This document shows, one piece after another, positions 1 through 11,561 of a DNA stretch of 64,000 bases. This stretch comes from Fonticula alba ATCC 38817. Its lineage: Eukaryota; Protista; Nucleariida. Under the pieces are notes generated by a model. The model saw nothing but the letters and a program-made list of their open reading frames with translations, did no database searches and was not told the DNA's origin. The number at the start of each line of letters is the position of its first letter. Position 1 is the first letter of the stretch. The position numbers and the translations under genes are program-made. The DNA lies in assembly GCA_000388065.2 (NCBI GenBank), contig KB932201.1. One strand, 5' to 3'.

Positions 1-16
1 GGACGCAGGAACGCAC

Positions 17-141
17 CTTGGACAGGGCACAGGAGCCAGACCGAAGTGGCCAACATCCGCCAAAAGGCCCGGCTCTCTGCCAGCCTCAAGACACTCGAGG
101 CCAGTTTCTCAAGCGGACCGGATGCCTGCACGCGAGACTGG

Positions 142-192
<51 letters not shown>

Positions 193-735
193 CACACATG
201 CACACATGCACGGACACCCGCCAAGTGATATGCTTGGGATAATCTTTAACAGACAGCAGGAGGGCCGGAGAGCCTTGCAGCGTCGCCGCAATGGGGGAAT
301 ATCGGAAGACAAAGCGCGGCGATTAGAGCAGATGACCATTTCAGGACTAGCGTCTGCGACGGGGGAGCGCAGACTATCGGCGTGTGTATCTCACTCTCAT
401 CGGTCTGGCCACTTGTCGGCCTTCATCTCATTGACCAAAGAGCGTGCCGAGCACCGGTCGAGCACCGGCAAGCCGCGAACCCTCCCCGGTAGTCTCCGCG
501 GGGTCGGCAAGGGGGAGGCGAGAAAGAGAAGCAAGGGTGGTCAGGGATGGAGAGGGGGGGGGGGGGGGGCAGGGGGGCATGCGCCACGCGAGAGGATCCA
601 TCCATAATGGTGGAGGTCATACACGACAGCGACTTGGGCGATGGCATCGGCAAAGCGCTCTGCCGGTCGGGGCTGCCAGGGTGCTTGGCACAAGGTCCCC
701 AAGCACAATGTGCCCCTTTTGACGGAGCAGGGCCA
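17..735 (-). CDS. Probable internal exons of an unidentified spliced gene that runs off the window start
   Basis: Minus-strand exon 17..125 is bounded by ...cgtgcag| and |gtgcgt and has one open frame (ASGPLEKLASSVLRLAESRAFWRMLATSVWLLCPVQ). Another donor lies at 217 and there is protein-like text near 585-735 (PAERFADAIAQVAVVYDLHHYGWILSR). No family recognised. Confidence 0.25.
143..190. repeat. (CA)24 microsatellite
   Basis: Direct reading. Confidence 0.95.
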
Positions 736-1538
736 TGCACACATACACACACATACACACCCCCTGCCGGGGAGCGCCTATGGAGGTTACGCTCCCTGAG
801 AGGCACCTTCGCATGGCTGGGACCTTAACGCATGGGCAAACCCATGGGGTTGTTTGTGTCCTGCGAGGGGGACTCTGGGCCAAGGAGGGAGCCCCCCTAC
901 CTGAGGGACAGGGGGAGGAGGGAGCCCGGGAGACGGCCAGCACCCTGGCACAATCGGATGTTTGTGCAAAGATCGGCGCCTGTGTCTCCCACACGCACTC
1001 GGAGACCGAATGTCACAGGACGGAAGAGACTCTATTTCAATCAACGAGGAGAGGGGGGGGGGGCAGACAAGACAGGGAAGAACTAGAAATACAGGAGAGA
1101 CAGTCACCGGGGGCTCACTTGCTTGCCGGGAGCAAAGCAGGAGGGAGGACCGGCTTCGGCGACAGCCGCGCCAAGGGCAATGGTAAAGGGGGGAGGGGGA
1201 AGGGGAGGGGGATGGGGGGCACGCATGGTGTGAGCACTGCACACACGCGCACATATGCAAGGGTGTGAGATGGTCACAGGGCAGATGAGTGGGGGAGGAG
1301 GGGAGGGGGGGGGAAGAGACAAAGGTCTAGAGGGTGCGGAAGGGCCGAAGAGGGATGGACACCCCCCGGCTCACGTCCCGTCGGTGTTGAATCTGGGACC
1401 TCTCTCTCCCTCGCCCCCCCGCCCCCCCCCCTCCCCCTCCCCCCCATGGGGAAAGTGGGGGCGGGGATAAAAATACAGGAAGATGATTGTGGGGTAGTCG
1501 CCAATGCCATTTCTCAAGGCGATATGGTCACGTGGAGA

Positions 1539-1704
1539 TCACTTGCTCTTCTTCTTGTCCGCGATGCGCTTCTCCCGGTCGATGGCCTCGCCGCGAGCGG
1601 CGGCCTTCTTCCCGACGACGCTCAGGTCGCCCTTGATCAGGCTGCGAAGCTGCTTGCGGTTCATCTTCTTGATCTTTTGGGTGTTGGTGATCTGCCGGGC
1701 GGGG
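1539..1704 (-). CDS. 3' end of a CGR1/CCDC86-like ribosome biogenesis protein (5' part lies in the N-gap 1705-2544)
   Basis: PARQITNTQKIKKMNRKQLRSLIKGDLSVVGKKAAARGEAIDREKRIADKKKSK* resembles the CCDC86/Cgr1 C-terminal QVIRNPAKLKRAKKKQLRRIEKRD motif. TGA at 1539-1541. Confidence 0.5.
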
Positions 1705-3837
1705 NNNNNNNNNNNNNNNNNNNNNNNNNNNNNNNNNNNNNNNNNNNNNNNNNNNNNNNNNNNNNNNNNNNNNNNNNNNNNNNNNNNNNNNNNNNNNNNN
1801 NNNNNNNNNNNNNNNNNNNNNNNNNNNNNNNNNNNNNNNNNNNNNNNNNNNNNNNNNNNNNNNNNNNNNNNNNNNNNNNNNNNNNNNNNNNNNNNNNNNN
1901 NNNNNNNNNNNNNNNNNNNNNNNNNNNNNNNNNNNNNNNNNNNNNNNNNNNNNNNNNNNNNNNNNNNNNNNNNNNNNNNNNNNNNNNNNNNNNNNNNNNN
2001 NNNNNNNNNNNNNNNNNNNNNNNNNNNNNNNNNNNNNNNNNNNNNNNNNNNNNNNNNNNNNNNNNNNNNNNNNNNNNNNNNNNNNNNNNNNNNNNNNNNN
2101 NNNNNNNNNNNNNNNNNNNNNNNNNNNNNNNNNNNNNNNNNNNNNNNNNNNNNNNNNNNNNNNNNNNNNNNNNNNNNNNNNNNNNNNNNNNNNNNNNNNN
2201 NNNNNNNNNNNNNNNNNNNNNNNNNNNNNNNNNNNNNNNNNNNNNNNNNNNNNNNNNNNNNNNNNNNNNNNNNNNNNNNNNNNNNNNNNNNNNNNNNNNN
2301 NNNNNNNNNNNNNNNNNNNNNNNNNNNNNNNNNNNNNNNNNNNNNNNNNNNNNNNNNNNNNNNNNNNNNNNNNNNNNNNNNNNNNNNNNNNNNNNNNNNN
2401 NNNNNNNNNNNNNNNNNNNNNNNNNNNNNNNNNNNNNNNNNNNNNNNNNNNNNNNNNNNNNNNNNNNNNNNNNNNNNNNNNNNNNNNNNNNNNNNNNNNN
2501 NNNNNNNNNNNNNNNNNNNNNNNNNNNNNNNNNNNNNNNNNNNNCCCACCCATCCACACACACACACACACACCAATCTCCAGTATCCTCGGTTCCTTTC
2601 TACGCAAAGACGCCAGGCACATTCGCGCTTCCGAAGAAGCGAAGGATGGCACACCCCATGGAAGTGGTCTTGGGAAGACATTTCCGAAAGGAGCCAGACA
2701 TTCTGTCCGGTGGCTTTGAGCGATTGGGCCGTCTGGGCAGGCTCTAGCGAAGGCACGAAGGCGCGCCCTCCCCCGTGCGAAACCGATAGAACTGGCTGAC
2801 ATGATCCAGCTACCCACAACGGCCACATATATGGACGTCCGAAAGATCATCGCCGAGCGGCATGCTTCCACCCAGGGAAAACAGCATGACCATCCATCTC
2901 TTGGCTTGGGCACCTCCCATTGCCCCCGGTCGAGGGGCTTGAGGAAGGGCACCTTGCTTCCCACCTGGGCCTCGGGATGGTCTCACACCAGGCGAGCAAT
3001 GTGAAAGCCGACGAATTCGTGGCCGGATCTCGGTGACAGAAAGAGAGGAGGGAAAGGAGGGAGGTACCGAACATGGAATCTATGGGTATATATTGTGCAA
3101 ACAAGTGCGGGATGCTCATCCACACAGAGAGAGAGAGGGGGGGAGGGAGGGAGGGAGGGGGGCAGAGAGAGAGAGAGAGACACACACACATACACACGCA
3201 TGGCATGTCAGGCCAGTGAGCGAGGCAGTCTCGGGCTGTACGCACAAGGACGCAGGGCGGCGAGAGACGGCAGACAACAGGAGGGAGGAGGAGATGGAAA
3301 AGCCGAAGCCGGACCAGCCAAGCTTGAAGACAAAAGGAGCGGGGAGAAAATATACAATGTCGAGGGCACGTGGGGCACGTGGAGCAATCCAATGCAAGGT
3401 GGAAGAGACTTGGCGTCGATGGACAGAGGGGGAGGCGAGGAGGAGGAAGCAAGACACGCCTTCTTGCGGAAGGTACCAGCCGCTGGGTGCGCCCCGAAGG
3501 GAGGAAGAGGGAGAGAGAGAGAGAGAGAGAACTCAAGGACAGAGGCCCGCCGGCAGTGCTGGGATGCACACCGCGCGGGAAAAGAGAAGAAGGGGAGAGG
3601 CAGCGCAGAAAACACGCAGGCCTGCGAAATGATAATGATACAATGTGTGTGTGGTCGTGTGTGATGCGTGTGATGCGTGTGGTCGTGTGGGTGGGTGGGC
3701 GCGCGGACAAGCGGACAGCCGGGCGGGCGCGCGTGCCGGACAAGACACAAACACGCGGGCGCCCAGCCCAGGGCAGGGCAGGGCCAATCCCGCGGAACCC
3801 AGCAACACATGGAGCCGGCGTTGGCCGTGCCGAGCCG

Positions 3838-6800
3838 CTAGTCCATGATGTCGATGTCGCTGTCATAATCGCCAGCAGCCGAAGAGGATGACGACGCCCC
3901 GACGACGGCATACATGCTGCCGGCAACAAGCGACGGGGCCGAGGCCGACCGATGAACAGGGCTGCTGGTGCCCGAGGAGGAAAGGGAATCCGACCCCGGG
4001 GCCGAGGCCGACAGGGCCAGAGTCTGCGCCAGCTGAAGGTAGGCCCCAGTGGCCGCGGCATATGGGCACTCATTGAGCGGCACCGAGGGCGACCGAGCCG
4101 GAGGCTCATGATCAGCCGTGCCGTTTCGGCGGCTGATGGAGGCTCGGGGAGCCGGTGCCTCGGCCACGGGCGCCGCGACAACCGGTGGATCAACCGCTGG
4201 AGCGGGCGCCTCGCCGCGAGCACGGCGGAGTGGCCGGCGGAGAAGACGCACCGGGGCCACAGGCTCCTCCGGAGGGGCGACCTGCGCTGCCAAGATAGCC
4301 ACCGCCGGCGGCGAGGGCGAGGGCGACGCGACAGCCTCGGCCCCCAGCCGCGCCTTGGCCGCCGAGCGCTGTGCGGCGAGCGAACGCCCGGCACTGGAGC
4401 GCGGCGCCGTCTCCACCGTGGCCGGGACAGTGCCAGCGGCGCTGGTCGGATCCGGCGTGTGGGCTCGGCTGCCCTTGCGCGACCGGGAACCGGCTGCCTG
4501 CTTGCGAGCAGCCTCCATTTGGGCGGCCTCCTCGCGACTCAGGTCATCGGCCATCTGAGACAGTCGGGCATTGGCCGCCGTGCTGGCAGCACGCCGAATG
4601 GGCGACACCGCTCGCGCAGTCGACCGAGTGGCGGTGGTCGGCCGCGTGGCCGGCCGACCGGCAGGACGCCCAGTCGGCCGGGCCGGGGCGCGCGCCACCG
4701 AGGAGGCAGCAACATCCATCACGGCCGGCACGACTGGCGGGACCGGCGGGACCGGCGGGACCGGCGACACCGGTGACACTGGGACCTCCGCTTCGGAGAA
4801 GTCATCGGCATCGATGTCAATCTCATCATCGCTGGGCGCGCTGTCCTCCATGTCGAGGTCCTCATCGCCGCTGTCAATGTCGCCGACCGACCGGCCGCCG
4901 GCCGGAGAGAGGACACCACTGGCGGGCGAGCCGGCACGCCGAGCAAGGCGCCGCTGGGTGTCGACAAACTGGTGCAGTGACAGGAGCTGGCTCTGGCTGG
5001 CTCGGGCCACAGCCAATAGCAGAGGATCCGGCCCGGGGGGGCTGTTGCTGGGACTCTCCTCCGACCAGTGCAGCAGGGCCATATGCCGGTCCACCGCCAC
5101 GGCCAGCAGCCCGAAAGCCTCGGCCATGTTGTCGATCGAGAGCACTCGCCGGATGGACCGGGTCAGGCTGGCCTCGAAGGATCCGCCAACCGGGACGCCG
5201 GGCGACGCGGGGCGCGAAAATGATCCACCAACCGGCGAGCCGGTCCACGATGGGGAGCCAAGCGAGGAGGTTTGAATGGGCGGCGGAGGTGAACGGACAG
5301 CGGCAGATGTGTCAAGTGGCGTCGATCCGGGTGCCCGGGAGGAGGCGGGCAGATCGACCGGGGCGGCCGCGGGCCCGGTGGCCCGGCCGGCCTTGGAGGC
5401 CGATGGCGGCCGGCCCGGGCGCCGGGAAACCATGCCCAGAGCCGGAGGGGGCGGCGCAAGGGCATCCTTCTTCCGCGGACGACCGGGCCCCTTGGGTGCT
5501 GTCTCGGCCTTGAGAGCGGCGGCCTCCTTGGAAGTGGGTTTGAGGGTCGCAGGCGTCGGGGCCGACACACCGGCAGGTGGAGAAGCCCGAGTGGCCGCAC
5601 TCGGGCCCATCACCGGCTCAGGAACAATGGTCGAGGCGACGGTCTGGGCCGCCGCCGAAGGGGAAGCACCCTCCACCGAAGCCGCGGAGGCCTCGGTCTT
5701 GGAGGCGGCCTTGCCCTTGGCAGCGGCCGCCTTCGGCTTGGGAGTGGCTTTGGGCTTGGGGACGGCCTTCGGCTTGGGGGGGGCCTTTGACTTCGGGGCG
5801 GCCTTCGGCTTGGGCGTGGCCTTGGCCCCGTCGTTGGGCTTGTCGGCGTTGGCAACCGGCGGCGCAGGGGCTGGCACCCCGGGCACCGGCGCCTCGGGGA
5901 CCGGCGCCTCGGAGGCCGGCTCCTTGGAGACTACTGACGCGGACGCCATCGAGGAGGGCTGGGGACCGGCCGCCGCCAGGACCTCCGGCTCGGGCACGGG
6001 TCCCGGCATGGGTGCCTCATCCGAGGAGGAGGAGTCACTCTCAATATCCGAGGAGGAGAGACCGGAAGAGGATGTGGAGGAATGTGCGGCTGGCAAGGAA
6101 GCCAGCACCGGGCCCTCGGAGGGGTTGATCGGCACAATGTGCGGGCCACCATCCCCCTCGGCGGGGAGCGCCGCCGGCGCAAGCGACACAATGCCGGCCA
6201 CCACCGAGGGCCGCCGAGACCGGGACACCGGCGATGGTGGCGTCGACAGCGATTGAGGTGGCGGCAGGTCCAGCGCCGTGGTAGACAGGCCACGCAGGGC
6301 CGCCGCCATGCGCTTGGGCGACACCGGCGCCGAGATGGACTTGCGCCGGCCGGCCAGACCCCCGGCCGCCGGGGGCAGCGAAGTGGCCTGCATGTGAAGC
6401 GGCTCGGTGGCCAGAAGCAGCGACGAGGCGAAGCCCCCGGCCCCGGCTCCGGCCGATGTGGATCGGACAATGTTGAAGAGATCCGCCGCGGTGGCGTGCG
6501 TCACGCCACCCGACGGAGCAACATATGTGAAGCTGGGGGAGCGGGCCAAATCCGCCCCAGCGCCGACCCCCCCGCCGACCAAGTCCACCGGGAAGGAGGC
6601 AAAGGGATCCGGCGATAGGAGCGGGCTGCCAAGGGACTTGGCCCCGATGGCCGCCGATACCGAAAGGCCGCGCGGCCCATTCGGCCGGCTTCCGGGCCGA
6701 GAGAAACTCCCATAGCTGCCAGCGCCGCCGGCCTCCGGCAGGAAGGACGATCCGGAAGCCAGGGCCGGCGTCAAAAGCACAGTGGCTCGGAGCTGCTGGG

Positions 6801-9800
6801 TGTAGTTGTCGTCATCGTCATCGAAATCCGACCCGCTGGACGAGGCATCCGAATCATAGGAATCATAGGAGTCATACTCGCTGCCGGAGCCGGAATCGCT
6901 GTCATCCTCATCACCATCACTGGTGCCGCTGCTGCTGCTGCTGCTGCTGCCGCCACTGTCGCTGTTGTGGGTGCCGCACGATCCGTCAGACGCGGTGCCC
7001 AGGCCACCAACCGCCACCGCATACCCGGGGATGGTCTCCATCACCAGGAGGGAGGCGCCATCACCGGCAACGTCGGCCGCCGGGCCGTCCAATTGCGACA
7101 GCGGGATGCCAATGGCAGGGCTGATGAATGACTCCGCCTCAGAGTCACTGGCATCAGAGCTGTCGATGAAATCGCCCGACTCATCGGAAGACTGGTCCGA
7201 CCGCGAGTATGGGTGGTCCACAACCCGGCCGCCTGGAGCCGAGGGGTTATTGTCCGATCCGGCGTGCGAGCCGTCATCCAGCAGCACCAGCATGGGCTCC
7301 GGGGCATCGGCTTCCCCGCCAGACGTCGAAGAGGCCATGAGCGCATGGCCAATCGACCCGACATCAGGCTCCTCGTCCGGAACCACCCGGCTGACCGACA
7401 GCAGCTCTACCTCGTCGGCACTCGACAGGCCGCCATAACTGGAGTCCACGTCGAAGTCGACAATAATGTTGGCCGGGGAGTCAGTGCCAGCTGTATCATC
7501 GATGCTGATGATTGACGAGCGCCGAAGGAGGCCCACGTGCTCGGCCAGAGAACCGATGACAACAAGTGTCTGAGGGGTGCGAAGAGGCAAAAGACAGAGC
7601 AGGGTAGGACAGAGTGAGTGAACGGTCAAGGTGCTCTTGAGAGGAGGAAGGTTGAGGGAAAGAGCAGGAGGAAGGTCGAGGGAAAGAGCAGGAGGAAGGT
7701 CGAGGGAAAGAGCAGGAGGAAGGTCGAGGGAAAGAGCAGGAGGAAGNNNNNNNNNNGAGGGAAAGAGCAGGAGGAAGGTCGAGGGAAAGAGCAGGAGGAA
7801 GGTCGAGGGAAAGAGCAGGAGGAAGGTCGAGGGAAAGAGCAGGAGGAAGAAAGGGAGAGAGAGAGAGAGCAAGAGAGGGAAAGGGAGAGCAAGAGAAGGA
7901 AAGGGAGAGCAAGAGAAGGAAAGAGAGAGCAAGAGAAGGAAAGAGAGAGAGGGAGAGAGAGAGAGAGAGAGAGAGAGAAACGGAAGACTGAGCGTCACGC
8001 ACAACTGGGTGGATGCTATCATCGTCATCACCGTCATCGTCGTTGTCACCATCGTCGCTGCCATCCGAGTCACTGGAACTGCAATCCAGAGTGCTTGAGG
8101 AGGACTCGATGTCGACGTCCGATTCGGAGGCACCGGCCGCCTCCGACTGGCGGCCTGTCAAGGCTGACGCCATGGCCGAGGTAATGACTCGACTGAGGCT
8201 ACCATCCTCGTCGAGATCTGAACTGAAGGAGAAAACGCCCACGTCGACGCTGGAATCACTGCCTTGCAGGGCCACCAGGCCGGTGGCCTCGATGTCCGAG
8301 TCACCCCCGCCACCGGACCCCAGCGGCGCAAGTTCGACGTCATGCAGAAGGTGCCCATGGCCCTGGAGCAGGAGGAACTCCACCTCGGACCCGGGTGACC
8401 CGATGTCGGAATCATCGTCGTCCGAGCTAGCCCGGTCCAGGATGGTGGTGGCAGCAGCAGCAGCAGCAGCCAGGGCAAGCTCATCCCCGGAGACATCCAA
8501 CTCCGAGGAGGCGGTGAACTCATCGTCCTCCTCCTCGCCACCATCATCAGCATCAGCATCATCATCATCACCATCGTCATCCTGCGCAGCCAGCACACCA
8601 ATCAGGATGTGCTGGTCGTCGCTGACGGGCGAGCCTTCGGCATTGGAAGAAGGAATGAAAGCGCCATCCGACTCGGCGTCCGACCCATCGGGGGACATCT
8701 GCTCGTGCAGGAGGGCCGCATACTCGGCGGCGGCAATGTCATCCGCTTCATCTTCCTCCTCCTCGTACTCGCCCTGGATGTCGTCAAAGTCCTCGGTCTC
8801 GTCGTCCTCCTCGTTGCCATCCTCCAGGTCGTCGTCATCGTCATCATCATCGTCATCGCCATCGTCATCGCCATTGGCATGACCATCGCTGCTGTCGATC
8901 AGAGACGAGGGGATCTGAGCCTCCCGATGGACTTCCTGGGGGCCGGCCTCGAGCTCGGCAACGAACTCGTCGAAATCGAACAGCCGGCTGATGGCCAATG
9001 CGGATCCCGGCGACACGGGGGCATCCAATTGGCTGGTGCTCATCTCCCCGAGGCCCGGATCGAGGTCCGGCCCGCAGCTGGTGTCCGAGCAGGATTCAAA
9101 GCCAGCCTCATTGTCGGAACCGAAGGCACCGGCCGACACGGACACCATGGCCGAAGCCACGCCGGAGCGGATTTTGACCGCCTGCAGGATGGACCCCGTG
9201 GACACCAATCGAGAGACCGGCATCGGCGATAGGCCTGACAGGTCGCCATCCTGGAGGAAGAGTCCACTCGAGGAGCCAAAGCCCGTAGACTGGCCCCCGC
9301 CGGCTGGATCGTCCATGTCCAGCAAGACCCCGGGCGGAAGGAAGGTCTCATCGGTGGCGAAGTCCGGCAGGGTGGACGACAGGGATGAAGGCGAGGGAGG
9401 ATAGGAAGAGGGAGCCGAGTGGTGATGGTGCAGGTGCTCGTGGTGATGCAGGGGCTCGTGGTGGTGATGGAAGAGACGCTCGCCGGACAGCGACCGGGGG
9501 TAGGTCGGGTCGCCGGGGAACCCAACCGGGTCGTAGCCGATGGCGATTTCGTCATATAGGTGGTCAGACACCGGCGATGCCTGCAGGGAGGTCGCGCCCT
9601 GTAAGACGGCCCCGGGGTGGTCGGCCACCGGGGCCACCGCCAGAGAGCCAATCATCGGAGAAACCAAGTCAGCCATGGGGGTGGACCCCTGGCTGAGCGA
9701 GTGATGAAAGGAGCTGGAACCGGAGGTGGGCGTGCTGGCGCCGGAGACCACGACGGGTGCCGGGGGCGCGGCCTCCAGAAAGTCCGTATTACAGTGGGCC

Positions 9801-10306
9801 GACGCGGTGGCGGTCAGCTGCTCGGAGGAGAAGACCCGGTCCAGGGTGGTCGACCCGCTGCCGGGCCCGGAGGGAGGAAGGGCGGCCGTTTGGTCGGGAT
9901 GAAAGAGCTGCTGGCTGGAGCTGCGCAGGGGGACGGCGGACGATCGCAAGAATTCCCCCCCCGGTGGCCGAGGCGGGAGGCCGGCATCGGCTGCCCCGAG
10001 AGACAGGGCAACCATCTTGGAGGGAGGGCCGGCCAGGGCATCCGGTCCGGCAGCACGGCCGCTGCCGCCAGGAACCACGGCCGCCGTGTATGAAGTCGCA
10101 GTGAAGGAAGCTCGACGTTTGTTGGTCGGGAGGGGCGAATCACTGGTATCCGATGATAGGTAGCTGGACGATTGCGAGTCGATGAATGAATAATTGTCCA
10201 GATCCTCCTCCTCGGCTTCGGCGGCCATGGGAATGGCAGGCCCCGGCAGGGGAGCGCCCCGGGCGGAGGCGCCCACATCGAAGGAGGTCTTTTCCCCGGG
10301 AGCCAT
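3838..10306 (-). CDS. ~2018-aa low-complexity, probably intrinsically disordered hypothetical protein (Ser/Asp/Ala/Pro-rich)
   Basis: Exons 10306..7982 and 7569..3838 are joined by a phase-0 intron (TCC|gtttct...cccctcag|ACA) that links the two long ORFs in frame. TAG at 3838-3840. The 5' end may extend further upstream. Confidence 0.75.
7643..7849. repeat. 24-bp intronic minisatellite (GGAGGAAGGTCGAGGGAAAGAGCA), about 8 copies, spanning a 10-N gap
   Basis: Direct reading. It is followed by GA-rich simple repeats to ~7980. Confidence 0.9.
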
Positions 10307-11523
10307 CAGGTCTGGGGGGGGGGGGGGGGAGAAAGGATGACAGGATCAGTCAGGATCAGGTAGAGCCGAGGTCACAGACCGTCAGGAGGGCAGGAGGGCA
10401 GGAGGGGAGGGGGGGAGAGAGATGCCATGGGGTAGGTGGTGTACCGGTGGGATTGTCCGAGCTGCGGAGAGGGAGGAGGGCCGGGGCAATGTGAGTGATC
10501 AGCGAGAGGGAGAGAGAGAGAGGGGGGGGGGGGGCTGGGACATACCTGGCTGGCGAGGAGCAGGCATCGTCCTCCCCCTCGTCGCTGGCAGACGTGAGCG
10601 ACTGGTAGTCGATGTAGGAAGCGTGATCCAGAGATGAGGTGTGGAGGACACCGACGCTGTCGATGGGAAGATCAGGCGCCCCGGAGGAAGGGGGGAGGGG
10701 GAAGGAGGTCAGTTGCCACGAAGGCAGCCTAAAGCCGGCGTTAGCTTTGGAGCCAGTGTAAGGACGCACCTCCCCATCGTGCTGGAAACTCAGCCGCGGG
10801 AAAACTTCTCTCGCGGAGAGTGAGAGGGGGNNNNNNNNNNNNNNNNNNNNNNNNNNNNNNNNNNNNNNNNNNNNNNNNNNNNNNNNNNNNNNNNNNNNNN
10901 NNNNNNNNNNNNNNNNNNNNNNNNNNNNNNNNNNNNNNNNNNNNNNNGGGGGGGGGGGGAAGGCGCGTGCTATATAGAGGGAACCATGCAGGGGGAAGGA
11001 GAGAGGGGGAGGAAGAGGGAAAGGGTGAGGGCACAGGGCCAGGAGAAAGGTGAGGTCATAGCGGAGGCCCCTCGGGCAGAGGGAGGCCCGCCGGGGGCGG
11101 TGTCTCTCAGACTTGGTGCCGGCAGGCAAGGCTGGGAAGGATAAAGGACCAATCTCCACGAGGATGTGCAGAGGGGGCCGGGGGCAGGGAAAATTACCCA
11201 TGATCAAGCGGCCGGGACTGGCGAGCAAGCGAGCAGGCGCCCGGGAGCCAATCGGGGGCGCGCGCGCGCGCGCGCCCCCGCCCCCACACGGAGGCAGGCG
11301 GCCGCCAGACTGTGCTCGCATGCTGCCCCGGGCGGGTGTCGGGCTCGGGTTCCGCCGTGTGTAGCCGGGCCTCGCTTTGCCCGGCTCTTCAACTCCCGAG
11401 CGGGCGGTGGACGGGGGTCGGGTTATGGGGTGGCATTGGCGCGCAGCATGGCCAAAAGAAAAAAAGGCCCATGTGTGCCTGGGGGGTCTTGAGTTGAGCA
11501 TGGTACACACTCGTTAGTGTGTA

Positions 11524-11561
<38 letters not shown>

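Noticed and set aside
1446-2964. Long ORFs spanning N-gaps (also around 19654-19822, 37686-38023 and 60808-61389)
   Set aside because: Their length is produced by runs of X.
7643-7849. 24-bp repeats as a CRISPR array
   Set aside because: The repeats are head-to-tail with no unique spacers, lie in a eukaryotic intron, and have no cas genes nearby.
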